DNA of 64,000 nt from Protoeuglena noctilucae (taxonomy: Eukaryota). A program made the translations under genes and the position numbers. Numbering within the stretch: the first letter of the stretch is position 1; every line of letters starts with the position of its first letter. Shown here piece by piece: positions 52,460-64,000 of the stretch. The notes beneath the pieces were generated by a model that was not told the DNA's origin, ran no database searches, and saw only the letters and a program-made list of their open reading frames with translations. The stretch covers positions 1,426,001-1,490,000 of the forward strand of contig OY253671.1 of assembly GCA_958009085.1 (NCBI GenBank). Direction: 5' to 3'.

Positions 52460-54098
52460 TCACTCGAGCAGGGTGCTCTTGACGAGCATGCCCGTCACCA
52501 CGTACGGGTCCAGGTTCGAGGCGGGGCGGCGGTCCTCGTAGTAGCCGCACGTGTCGTAGGGCACCATGCGCCCCACGCGGATGGAGCACCCGCGGTTGGC
52601 CACGCCCCAAGAGAAGTCGTGGATCGAGGACGTCTCGTGCTTGCCCGTCAGGCGGCGCTCGTTGCCCTCCCCGTACGCCGCGATGTGCTCCGCGTGGCGC
52701 TTCCGCAGCTTCTCCACCTGCAGCACAGTCGCCATATGCACCTCAGCACCACACCGCTCGCAGACGCCTTGCATGTCATGTCATTGAATGCTCCCCTGCC
52801 CCCCCTCGCCTGCTTCTTGATGTTCTCGTACCCCACGCCCTGCTTGCGCGTGTCCTCGTTCGAGTAGTTGACGTGGCCGCCGGCCCCGTTCCAGTCGCCG
52901 GGGATGGGCTTGGGGTCGAACGTAACGATGACGTTGTAGAGTTCGCAGACGCGGTACAGGATGTAACGCGACATCCAGTGGTGGTCGCCGCTCTCCATGC
53001 CCTCGCACGGGCCCACCTGCGACACCAGGGGCATGGGTGGTAAGGCTGGGAGAGACGTGTGAGGGTCAGGGGCTCAGGGGTCGCTGAGCGTGCCTGCCAG
53101 GTTCGTGCACGTGCTTAAAGTGGTCACCTGGTACTCCCACTGGCCGGGCATGACCTCGCCGTTGACCCCCGAGATCTTGATGCCCGCGTACAGGCACATC
53201 TTGAGGTGCGTCTCGGCCACGTCGCGGCCGATCGACGTGCCCGAGCCGGCCGCGCAGTAGTAGGGGCCCTGGGGGCCGGGATAGCCGTTCTTCGGCCACC
53301 CGAGGGGCCAGAGGGAGTTCGGGGCGAGGAGGGTGTACTCCTGCTCGATCCCAAACCACGGCCGCTGCGGGGCACGGGTGGCGCGGGCGGTACATCAGCC
53401 GAGCCCCCGTGGGCGGCGGCGAGCGCCTGCCGCATCACTGCATCTCCCGCCCACCTGCTCCTTGGCCTGCTCCATGATGGCGGCGGCCGGGGCACGCGTG
53501 TTGCCCGGGTGTGCCACAATCTCCGTGAGCACCTTGCCGTCCTTGTCCACCTGGGGCGGGATGTGGCAGTCGCACATCACGAGGAGGTTGTCCCCGCCGC
53601 GGAAGGGGTCCCTGCGCGACACGAGCGAGGAACGGGGGGCGTGACCGTGGGCGTGAGTGGCCCACTCGCCATGCAGTCTCCTCACGGCAGCTGGCCCTCA
53701 CCGGAACATGGCACGCGGCACCATGTACACCTCCGAGTCATTGCCGGGGGCCTGGCCGGTCGACGAGCCGTCGAAGTTCCACACGGGGAGCTCACTGACT
53801 GACTTGGGAGCCTTGTCCAGGCACTTGCACTTGGAGCGCAGCGTGTGGCCCGTGCCGTCGATCCACACGTACTCGGCGCAGATGCGGCCTTGCTGGTCCA
53901 AGTTGCGGAACTCCCTGGACAGGGGAGCGGAGCCGCACGTGCGCTGAGGCCCTGCCCCAAACGCGCACACGAACCCTAGATGCCAAGAGGGTCGGCGCCG
54001 TGCCGCGCCCCTGGCGCCGCGGCGCCTTACCGCAGGATGGCCGGGTCCAGGAGGGCCGAGATACTGCCATCCGTCCCGAAGGTGGGCGCGAGGGCCAT
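52460..54098 (-). CDS. GLN1: Glutamine synthetase type II (eukaryotic GSII, cytosolic type)
   Basis: [123 protein letters not shown]. Confidence 0.97.
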
Positions 54099-55025
54099 GG
54101 CGGGGGCTGGGGCGTGGCGCGAGGGACGCGATGCTGCGGGGGAAACCGGCCCAGCGCGATCCGGGCCTCATCGGGACCACATCAGGGACGGCTTACGGTA
54201 CCGAGCACTGGTAACGGCGTCAGATGGGCCCCGTGACGAGAATCCGGCGCGGAAGGACGAGGTGGGATCGGCGCTAGCCCAAGCGCGGCAGGACCTGCAT
54301 GCGCCACCTTGCAGGCCCTGCCCGCCCGGTGCCCGTGCACATAGTCCTCTTAGGATCGTGACGCCACTGTGGCGCCGCGATGTGGGCAGTGGGGCGAGAA
54401 ATCGGCCCGTAACGGTACCCGAGGCCCTCCGCGATCGATGCCGGCGCGAAAAGGGCGAAGGCCGCTCCTGTCGGAGTCTAAACTACAAAGTTGCTCCGTG
54501 AAACGTCGCACGGGGGCAAGTATCATCGAAAGTGGCCGGCCCGCAGAAAGCTGCCCTCGTCACCTATGCGATGCGTGTGACGGTCCGACGGAATGATGTG
54601 TCGCGATTGGGGGGCCCGGGGATCGCTGGCGCGGTTGAGGTCCCGCCGCACGTGCCAGGGTGTTTCTGGCGAAGGAAACTTTTTGCAGCTCCTCTGGCCT
54701 TCCCGGCCACCTGGTCACTCGCGAACGGAAGAACGTTCTCTGCACTTGACCTGGGCCAGCAGCCAGCTCCTGGAGTAGCTTTGGAAGCGTGATATAGCTG
54801 GCCCAACGTTTTAGCCTTCTCCTCGCCCCTGGAAGTCGCGCGAGAAGGTTATTGCTGGCGTGCGCTGTGAGTATTCCTTGGAGCATTGCTGCATGATAAT
54901 CTCCACCCCTGCGCCCGAGCCCGCGAGCGACCTTCCTGTCCCTGGCATGCCGCAGGTTTTCAAGGGCTCAGGCGTGCGGGGGACCTCGGCGACGGAACAC
55001 CGGGGTATCGTGACGGGTGGAGAAG

Positions 55026-55404
55026 ATGCCGGGTGAGTGCTTGGGCCAAGCGATTGCCGAAACTCACTCCTGCGGGCCGCCCAACGTTGGTTCCCGGCCT
55101 GCCCTGTGCAACAGTGGTCGTGGTGTCGGATATCAAGATCAAGGAGGACGATGAGGCGTACCTGGAGAAGCACAAGATAGCTGAGATGATGCAGAAGCTG
55201 CTGGAGCGCGTGCTGAAGGACAAGCCCGCACGGCCCGTGTCGTTCATGATCGAGGAGATTTGGAGGCTGCGGGTGGGCGGCGCAGCCCCCGCGCGCGAAT
55301 GCCTGCGGAAGCGCAGCCAACACTCCGCGAGCTACTGGTCTCCTGGCCACCCGCAGGACGAGCACATCACCCAGACGCTGGAGGAGGCAGCGGCCAAGCA
55401 GTGA
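55026..55404 (+). CDS. About 70-aa RIIa/Dpy-30-type dimerisation-docking domain protein
   Basis: Three exons giving MPVVVVSDIKIKEDDEAYLEKHKIAEMMQKLLERVLKDKPARPVSFMIEEIWRLRDEHITQTLEEAAAKQ*. The YLEKH.I...Q.LL..VL..KP..P..FM pattern is typical of DD domains. Confidence 0.7.
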
Positions 55405-55442
55405 CGCAGCAGCGCCGTTCCTAGGGTTTCAAGTAGCCCGTT

Positions 55443-58400
55443 CTAACTTTCCGCGAGGGTCGCCTGGCACAACGCCGCGCGCATCCCCTCCAGCCCGCAC
55501 CAGAAGAGGTCAGCGGCCGCGGGCACCCCCACCCGCTCGCAGTACCGGCGGAACGCCGTCCGCGCGTCCAGCTCCCGCCTGACCTCCGCAGCCGCCTCCT
55601 CCGCGCCGCGCATCGCCGCGTAGAAGTCTCGCAGCGACGCCAGGACCTGAGAGCACAGCCACAGGCACCGCCGTGACACCTCTGCCGCGCTGGTGTGATG
55701 GCCAGCTGTGCCACCCCCTGGAAATAGGCGTGGCGCTCGCCTGCTGGGCGTGCATGGGCCTCGGGTCCAAAGAACGACGAACCCACGCAGAGAGGTTGGC
55801 ACGGTTCGGCTCCGCCATGAACCGGGCATCCAGGAGCACCACCGCACCGTAGTCGTGCTCGTGGCGCACGCACCGCCCCAGGCACTGGTTCAAAGCCCTG
55901 CGAACGCCGTGCACAGCCCCGGCTCCCGACAGCGCCGCAGCCCAGGGGCATGGTATGCCAAGGCAGTCCCTCCACTCACCGGAAGGCCTGCAGAGTGTAC
56001 CACTGCTCGCCGGTGGGCAGAGCGGGGTAGGCGCCGTTGTACTGCTTCTTCATCACGACCTTCAGGTCCCGGGCGCTGGGGTATGGAATGCCAACCATCA
56101 CGGCCAGGCGGCACTCGTGGTCGCGGAAGTCAATGCCCTCTGCCAGGGCAAGAGAGGGGTACCATCCCTCACATACCGGGGCGTTTCATCGGCGCTGGCA
56201 CCGGCCGCGCGCTTGGCGCCCTCACCTGACACCTTGCCTCTGGCCGGCACCAGCAGCAGCGCCTTGCGCCCGCGGCTCAGCGCCGCGCGCATGGTCGCCA
56301 CCAGTGCCTCCCCGGTCTGCTCCCGCGTCTCCTCCCCTACCCACAGGCCATCCCCCATGCGCGCCAGGGCGCCCGAGTCCCTCAGCCGCTTCATGGCCTG
56401 CCCCAGGACACTGTAGCTGGGGCAGAAGACGAGCGCCCCCGAGGCAGGGGGCAGGGCGTCCACGGCAGACACCAGGAAGGCCGCCAGGGCGTCGTACTGC
56501 GCCTGGCTGCTCCGGCGGAAGGTCCACTCAAAGCGCTCGCCCCCGAGGGCCCAGGGCACCGTGGCTGCCCGAACGTGGTCCGCCGACACCACGTGCTGGC
56601 CGTCGAGCCTGATGGGGAACCTGGCCCCCAGCTCAGCCTCGAAGGACTCCATGGGGCTCAGGGTCCCGGACGCGAGCACCACCGCATGGGCGACGTCAGA
56701 GATGGGGCGGAAGACCACTCCGGGCCATAGACACCACAGGCAGAACTGCCACTCTTTCTTCCCGGTATCGAACTGCGAACATGGTCACAGCGTATGCCAC
56801 GTGGGCTGCGGTGGGATGCACCTGCACCCTCACCCTCCGCCCAAGGCCACTCGCCTGCAGCGCGGCGCAGTAGTGCCGCGCGTTGTTCTCGCCCACTTGG
56901 CCCCCCTTCTTGCCCTCCCCGAGCCCCCCGAGCACGAGGGTCAGGCACTCCACGAAGGCTTTGCATGTCGCCAGCAACTGCGCACCGTACTGGTGGGGTT
57001 GCGTCACAACACGGCTCCAGAAGCTGTGCGAAGCATCGGCCAGCGCCATCGCACCCACCTCCGCTCCAGGGACCCGAGGCAACCCCTCTTGCTCCTCGCC
57101 AGCGTCCCCGCGGCCCCGCCGCCCCTTGCGCTTGCGGCCTCGCTTGCCGGCGCCGCGGGCCTGCAGCACCGGGCTGTCACGCGCCGTGTCGAGTGCCGCA
57201 GAGAAGGATGCCAGGTTGCTGAAACCCATGGCAAGGAGCTCTTCGAGCAGCCCGGCGAGCCCGATGGGCCTGCATTGGCAGGTGAGGGAGGGGCACAGGT
57301 CAAGATGAGAGGGGTTGCAGGAACGAGCGTCGGCACAGGCGTGGCGGGCGTCACCAGAGGCGGAACGCCTTGTCCTCGGGCAGCTGCTGGCGCCGCAGGT
57401 CATCCACCGCTTCGCGCAGGAAACGACACAGGGCCGTGAACGCCTCGCGCAAGGGCCCGAAGACCACCGCGTCCACGTGGGTGCATGCGTCGTCCAGGAC
57501 CTGTGCAAAGGGAAGGGGCCTCGCAGAGTCAGGCCTCACCGACCGTGTGAGCGCGAGCTGTCGCAAGCAGCCCCGGTGTGCGCGAGCGGCAGCGCCCTCG
57601 CCCTGGTGGCGGCCTCCAGGGCCGGCAGTCCCGACTCGAAGCTCCCCGCCTCCGTGCAGGCGTTCTCGATGTTGTGGGCCTCATCCAGCAGCACCACCGC
57701 GCCCGCCAGCTCCACGCCCATGGCGGCCCGCACCCCGGGGTCAATTATGTAGTTGTACGGGCACATGACGAGGTCGGCGCTCTGCGCCATGGACCGCGCG
57801 GCGAAGTAGGGGCAGCCCCCGTGCTCCCGCCCCGCCGCCGCCAGCTCCTCGACGTCCAGGATGTCCCCGCGGACGTAGTTGGCCAGGTCCTCGGCCCGGG
57901 GGTAGTGCTCGCAGGCCACGGGGTCGGACGCCAGGCGCTTGGTGCACTCCTGTTCCCGGCCGGCCGAGGCGGACACCACCTGGTGGATGCAGTAGTGCTG
58001 CCGCGACGCCAGCACCACCGTCGACGGGGCGTAGGGCGTCCTCTTGAGCTCGGCGATGACCTGGGCGACCTGAGCATGCGTCCGTGATGCGTATATGATC
58101 TGCGGACGCTTCTTGGCAGCCTTGGCGCCCTGCTTTTCCGTCGTCCCTGCCGGCTCAGGGTCCGCCGCGAAGCCCCCAGGCAGTGCGGTGTCCTCGCTGC
58201 CCGCCGCGGCTGCTGGCTGCTGCTTGGCTAGGACGATGCCCTCTGCCTTGACATGCTCCTGCCAGGCGAGCGCGGCCGTCAGCAGCGCCAGTGTCTGCAT
58301 CGCAGGGGACGTGAAGCGTGAAGCGAGTGGGCTGGACGAAGCGACGTGCGCGGGATGCGAGGCGCCATCTCACCTTCCCGCACCCGGTAGGAGCGGACAG

Positions 58401-58625
58401 CAGAGCGTTGCTCCCCGAGGTTAGCGCGAGAAGCAGCTTGGACATGAGCGATTTCTGCGCAGGCAGGCAGAGCAGAGCGTGCGCAGCATGGGTGATGCCC
58501 CGGCTTCCGCGCGCGACCTTCGTTGCGCCCGACAAGCTTGCCTGCACCGAATAGGGTTGTCGCCCTTCTGGAAACTCCAGCGCGACCCCGCCGATGACCA
58601 TGGCGTGCCCACCGGTGCCCGACAT
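55443..58625 (-). CDS. Fe-S cluster DEAH helicase, FANCJ/RTEL1-like (Rad3/XPD family)
   Basis: IGGVALEFP..RQPYSVQ, APTGCGKTLALL, IIYASRTHAQVAQVIAELKRT, four Fe-S Cys (HYCIH, QECT, ACEHY, GCPYF), LLDEAHNIE, LASGTLSP, RGKVSEGIDF, RALNQCLGRCVRH..DYGAVVLLDARF. Confidence 0.9.
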
Positions 58626-59051
58626 GGTTGGCCCCAGCCCTGCAGGGCCATTTGCAAGGAAACTCGCGACGGCTACAATCCCATACTATTTAAGTTAATG
58701 TAAAAAAGAAGTGGGTGGCAACAGACGCTCCGACGGTGGTCACGGCGATGAGCGCAGGGACCCGACAGCTGCCACGCAGTTTGAGGGCGCTCTCTACCAA
58801 CCGCACGAGGCGCGTCGCCGGGGGCTATCGCCTGCAATCCGTGTGTGCGATCACTTGGTCGACTGGCACGCCGCGCCGCGCCGCCGGGCCGTCAGGAACA
58901 CCACACACTGTCACAGCCCTGGCTGGCGCTGCGCCAGTCGTTTGCATCGCCCGAGGGAGCGCAGCGGTGCATTTCGAGGCAAACTGTCTTCGTGACCCAT
59001 TTATTCAGGCATCGAATGCAACGCATGAGGCTCTGACTCGCTTCAACATCC

Positions 59052-60044
59052 ATGAAGGCGTCGACGGGAGGCCTTCCGGCCTGGGCAGTCGTGCGCCTGC
59101 ACGCGGCAGGCTACGCGGTGCTCTTCGCTGCCTTCTTGGTCGCCGCGTGGTCCTTCGTCGCCGACCAAACCGTGGTGCAGCCGGATGGCGCTGCCACACT
59201 GCAAACGCCGCGTGCGCAAGCGACCTCGATCCCTGTCAACGTTGCCGGAGTCGGTGACCCAGCTGGCATCGACCCAGGCAGCAAGGAGGCCAGGTGAGCT
59301 TCCGTGAACAACCGTGCGCCAGGGTCGAGCGCTCCTACGGGCGCTCTTGATCCGTGGCCGGTGAGGTGCTCTCAGGGCACGGGGCGTGTACTCGTTCGTC
59401 GTCAAGGACGTGGACGGTGCCGTCGTGGGCTTGAGCCAATACGCGGGGCTCGTGTCTGTCGTCGTCAACACCGCGTCCGAGTGCGGCTACACGGCGGAGA
59501 ACTTGGGCGGGCTGCAGCGGCTGTACGAGCAGTTCCACAGCCGCGGGTTCACGGTTCTTGCCTTCCCCAGCAACGACTTCCAGCAAGAGTCCCTGGATGG
59601 CGCGGAGCTCCGGCGGGTCTACCGGTGACGAGCAGCATGTGGATGCATGCGTTGTTCGTGCCAGCTGAGCTTGTTTCTCGTTATTCCGCAGTTTCGACCT
59701 TCTCTATCTGCCCTTCCAGGGATGTCTACGGCGTCACGTTCCACATCTTCGAGAAGACGCACGTGGCTGGGCCGGAAGCCCATCCCCTCTTCCGGTACAT
59801 CTCACAGGCCTTGCCGCCCGAGTACGGCAAGGGGCTAAGTGAGCGTGGCAGCACGCTGGGCGCCTGTCCTCAACGTTAGGCTGCCAGCAACCCTGTGGGG
59901 CCGCCGTCGACACGTGCAGAGCCTTCCTGGAACTTCTACAAGGCGATCGTCGACCGCAACGGCCGCCCCGTCGCACGACTGGACATGCCCTTGCAAGAGG
60001 CGAAGCTTCGAGCGCTGATCGAGCCTCTCCTGGCGCAGGGGTAG
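59052..60044 (+). CDS. GPX: Cys-type glutathione peroxidase-like protein with N-terminal hydrophobic anchor, 4 exons
   Basis: AVLFAAFLVAAWSFV TM segment; VVNTASECGYT (TGC, not TGA), VLAFPSNDFQQE, AHPLFRYI, PSWNFYKAIVDRNG. Confidence 0.88.
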
Positions 60045-60241
60045 CCTCTCAGGGCTTTGGAGCCCCAGCCCTTCTTCTTGCGGGTGAGGACCTGCCGGAA
60101 AATCGTGCTTCTCGGCTCAATGAGCGCTTTCCTGCTCTATTGGCGTCACATCGCTGTCTATGATGCGCAAACAGCTCGCGGAGGGGCTCGCGCGCAAATA
60201 GGCGCGCGCCGACTCGCTCAATTTCGACGAAATCGATTCCG

Positions 60242-63115
60242 ATGTCTGGGGACGCGGTGAGATGCGCTCGCCTGACGAGATGATGGTTGATGTACCGAAG
60301 GATTACGGGATAAGCGTTGGGGTCGACCGATTCTCGAAATGGTGCCGGAACTCGCGGTTGGGGGCGTTTTTTCCCACTCGCAGACGCCCGCCCACGACTC
60401 CGAGCAGCCTGAATGTGACCCGTCGCTGGGAGGAGTGCGGTGGGACCCGGACGATGCTTCGGCCGAGGTGCTGGTGGACGCGTGCTTCCACGCCCCGCCC
60501 GACGTTGTGGCGGAGGCCGTCTTCGGGCCCTTCCCCGGGTCGGACGTCCAGGTACGCGATGCTCACCCAGGGCTCTTCCAACTGGCCTTGGCCAGGTCCT
60601 GGAGCTGCCGGCGCGACGCAACAGGAGCGACGCACTTGGTCGGCCTCGCATGCGCAGGAGGCGTTTCACCGGGACAGCGGCCACGCGGACGTCTGCGTCT
60701 CCGAATGGCGCCGCTGCGATGCCGGTCGCCTCGACGGGGGTGGCCCTCCCACCCCCACGTCGCTGGGCGTGCGTGCCTGGCGCGAGGTCCGCTTCGTGGC
60801 GCAGGGCTACCCCGCGCGGGAGGTGCAGCAGGAGCTGGAGCGCAGCGATTCTGACACCCGCGAGTACTTGCAGCGGGTGACGACGGAGGCGACGTACGGC
60901 GACTCGTTCGCGAGCCTGGTGTCGACCACGGTCGAGGGCCTGCCCGGTGGCCGCAGCCGCGTGCTGGTGCGCTCCTGCGTCAAGTTCACCCGCGCCGTCA
61001 ACGCCATCGTCCGCGCGTTCGTCCTCAAGGCGGCGAACGGTGGCATGCGCGAGGCCCACGCCGTCTTGGAGCGCCTGCTGCGCGCCAAGTGGCCGGAAAA
61101 GCAGGTGGAGGTGGAGGTGGAGGTGAAGGAGGTGGTGGTGGAGGAGAAACCGAGGAAGTCTGCCGTCGAGACCGTCGCAGCCGAGGTTTGCCAGCCACCC
61201 GCCGGCGAGGTGCCTCCTCTTCTGGTGCGGGTGCGTGAGGGCGGGATCCTCAAAGATGCCGCCGCTCTGTCGGGGATCCTCTGGGCGGCCCTCGCTGCCA
61301 CCGCCGCGCTGGTGGCGGCCGTGGCGGGGGTGTGCGTGGCCGCCTGGGGACTCCTCACCCCCTCGGGCGCCCGATGGGGCGCGTGGGATGTGCTGCGGCA
61401 GCTGGCCGCCGTTGCCGCGGACGCGCGCGCCTCTGGGAAGGTCGCCCCGGTGTCCGAGGAGCACCGCCGCGCCGCAGAGCCCCTCCTGGCGCACTCGGAC
61501 CTCCCCGGCCCGCTCCGTCAGGCGGCCCTGGCAACCTTGCTGGCGCTGGCAGACATGGTCCTCGGCTCCTCTTCCCTTGCCAGCCGTGCGCTTGGTGTCG
61601 CGGGGCAGGCCGCACACGCACTGCGGGACTGGCCCATCGCCGCTTCCGCGCCCCTGGGCGCCCCCCGCACCTTGGCGCAGTGGGTGTGGGGTTTGTCGGC
61701 AGGGGCGGTGCTGGGGGCCCTGGGGGACCGCCTGTGGGCGATGTCGGCTTCGTCGGACGACCTCGCGGCCCTCAATGCGCCAGGAGGGAGGAGGAAGCGG
61801 CGGGTGCTGTTCAGGGACCTGGGCTTTCGTGAGGACTCGCGAGAGCGGCAGGGGAAGGGTGTTAGCGACCAGCGCGGGGGCGGGCCGGCTGGGCCGCACG
61901 CACGGTCGGCGCCCACGCGGGGTGCCTCGCCCGACACCACCTCCGCAGAGGGCAGCGCCTCAGAGACGGTGAGCCGTGTTGCGGGGTGCCTGGTTGGATG
62001 TTGGTCCCGACCACAGGTTGGGCTGACGACATTGTTGCAACGGCGTTGTTGACTGATGCCTGTCGTTGCTTGCTGCCCCTGCAGTCTGCCTTGGCAAGTG
62101 GATCGGAGCAAAGCGACTCAGAGAAGAACCCGGTCTTTTCCATGAGCCATCGTGTCTGCGTGTACCCCCTCGTCCCCACATCTGAGGCAGGGGAGGGACA
62201 GGCGGCCGTTTTGGCGCCGGTGGGGGTGCCCATCGCAGCCCCTCGCGTGTCTGCAAAATCGGATGATGGGCAGGGACCCACGGGGGATGCACCGACCCTG
62301 CGCGCTTACGAGGTCTTTGAGAACGAAAGGCGACAGCCCTTCCGGTGAGCCGCCGCGGTGTCTGCCACGCTCGGCTTCCCGGCTGCCGTGTTGGTCACTC
62401 AGGTCGACGATTGCGGTCTGCACAACGCCCACCAACAGTGTGTGTTTTGTCAAAGTGACCATTGCAATCTGCATGACGATGGTGGGCGCTTTCCCTTGCA
62501 GGGGTTTCGGGCACTCGTGGCCGGGCCACCTGCTCCCCACCGACCCCGCGCGCTACTCTGCCCGGTGTGGGGCGGATCCCGGCCCCAACGCCCACCGCCT
62601 GTCCAGCCTGGAGCTGCGGCTGCCGCCCGGGTGGCAGTGGCGCGGGAGGTGGCGCGTCGACGTGGCGCCCAGCCAGTGGGCCGAGCCCGGTGAGACGCTT
62701 AGTACGGGTACGCATGCAGGGTATCGCTGAGCGGTGCAGGCCCCCTCGCCACCATGTGAGTACCAGGGCCGCACTGGCTTTGGGTTTGAATCGACACAAT
62801 GGCGATCCCCTCTCCGCAGGCTGCGACAAGCACGGGTGGAGCTACTGGCTCGACTTCCCCCGGGCGCAGTGGCCGCCCCCGCCGGGCCGGGGCGCGCGGA
62901 CGGCAGGGACGTTTGTGCGGGTGCGGCGGTGGGTGCGAGTGACGGAGCGGACGGGGCAGGGCGACGAGGGCGCCGGTGCAAGTGCGGATGTGGGTGCGGA
63001 TGCGGGTGTGGATGCGGAGGGGGCGCTGCACGCGGCCCACTCAGTGTCAGAAACGGCGTTGGCTGAGATGAAAGGGGGTGCAGGCGAGGCGACGGTGGCG
63101 GCCGGGGCCGAGTAA
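60242..63115 (+). CDS. VASt (StART-like lipid transfer) domain, hydrophobic segments and C-terminal DysF (peroxin/ferlin) domain
   Basis: VASt-like EAFHRDSGHADVCVSEW...YGDSFASLVSTTV...SRVLVRSCVKF...FVLKAANGGMRE; TM-like ILWAALAATAALVAAVAGVCVAAWG; DysF-like EVFENERRQPFRGFG..WPGHLLPTDP.RYS, LPPGWQWRGRWRVD, CDKHGWSYWLDF, FVRVRRWVR. Confidence 0.72.
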
Positions 63116-63381
63116 GGGGTTTGGTTGAAGAGGAGGGGGCTTTGAGAGACATAGAGTGGAGAGGGAATGGGTGGGTTTGTTTTGGCGCAGAGATGCTATG
63201 GCGCAGCGATGTCTATTCAAGATGTCATGCTGGTAGAGCAAGGAGGAGAGGCGTAAGAGGCTGCAATGAACGAAAAATCGCGCAACACTTGGGTCCGGCC
63301 AAGGCTGGAAATGCTGCTGCCACTCTGCCAGCCGCACCCTCACACAAGGCCGTGCGATGCTTAGCCAGCGTCATCCACCGC

Positions 63382-64000
63382 TCAGCCGAGGTCGTCGAGC
63401 TCCAGCTCCACCGCCGCGAGGCCGAGGTGCCTGCGGTGGGACAAGAGTGGGACAAGGGAGGGTCACCTCGCCAGCTGATGCAAGGTCAGCAGCACAGGGA
63501 CCATGCGGTGACATCGATCCCTTCATAGACACGCGCAACGACACCACCTCCATCTCCATCACCCACTCACTCGAGGCCACTCCACCACGGCGGCAGATCG
63601 TCGTCCCCCTCGTCTCTCTCCGCGCCGTCCACCCCTTCCACCCTCACATTCCCCGTCACCGCCAAAACCGCCCCCGCTGCCACCACAAACCCCGCGCCCC
63701 CCCCGCCCCTTCCCGACCCAGCTTCGCCCTTCGCTGAGAAAGCGACCGCGACCCTATCCGCACCCGACTGCGCGGCGGAGAGCTCCGCGACGGTCCTGGC
63801 AATGCCGCCCAGCCGCCGGGGCGCGTTGCACGACCAGTCAGCCCGGTCCACCGCCACCACCTGCCAGCTGCGGCGCAGTGGGTGGGGCGGGGAATGAGAA
63901 TGAGAATGGCAATGCATGCACTAGACATCGCAAGGCGGGTTGCTGGGTGCAAAAGATACGCTGACAGGGCCACCGGTCATCTATGGGAGCAAGCAAGAAT
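63382..64000 (-). CDS. 3' end of an unidentified gene extending beyond the window
   Basis: Exon ~63868-63570 (WQVVAVDRADWSCNAPRRLGGIARTVAELS...PPWWSGL) with gtgagt donor, then final exon after the ccgcag acceptor (EHLGLAAVELELDDLG*). Confidence 0.45.

Noticed and set aside
55421..55429. Telomere/telo-box-like ctagggttt
   Set aside because: Single isolated copy in a 3' intergenic gap; no array.
59476..59490. Selenocysteine recoding in the GPX
   Set aside because: The active-site codon is TGC (Cys), not TGA.
62981..63017. gtgcggatg-type short repeats
   Set aside because: Low-complexity coding sequence (ADVGADAGVDA); not a CRISPR array or satellite.

Overview
Eukaryotic nuclear DNA from a GC-rich, very gene-dense genome, most likely a flagellated green alga. 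This is inferred from plastid-targeted bS21, SufE-BolA and ATCase, plant-type MAPK/ABCA/PanB/GSII, and centriole/cilium genes CEP70, RP2-like and an RIIa-domain protein. About 27 intron-containing protein-coding loci were reconstructed by hand: mostly 70-120 nt introns, some longer first introns, standard genetic code. No tRNA/rRNA, CRISPR or transposon was found. Family calls come from motif recognition, not database searches. Main findings: (1) a probable single ~1,700-aa gene joining a signal peptide, CBM96/DNRLRE-like, Ig-like and NHL domains to an ATAD3-type coiled-coil/TM/AAA+ module via an in-frame GC-AG intron; (2) an RP2/TBCC GAP domain fused within one exon to a clathrin light chain-like region; (3) plastid bS21 fused to a KH domain; (4) a 3-exon ORF ending 2 nt before the ATG of a STE20 kinase (bicistronic/uORF, or a 1-nt indel); (5) about 30 GC-AG introns, roughly one in five; (6) a 22-nt duplication frameshifting an ABCA gene; (7) convergent genes with stop codons only 12-59 nt apart.
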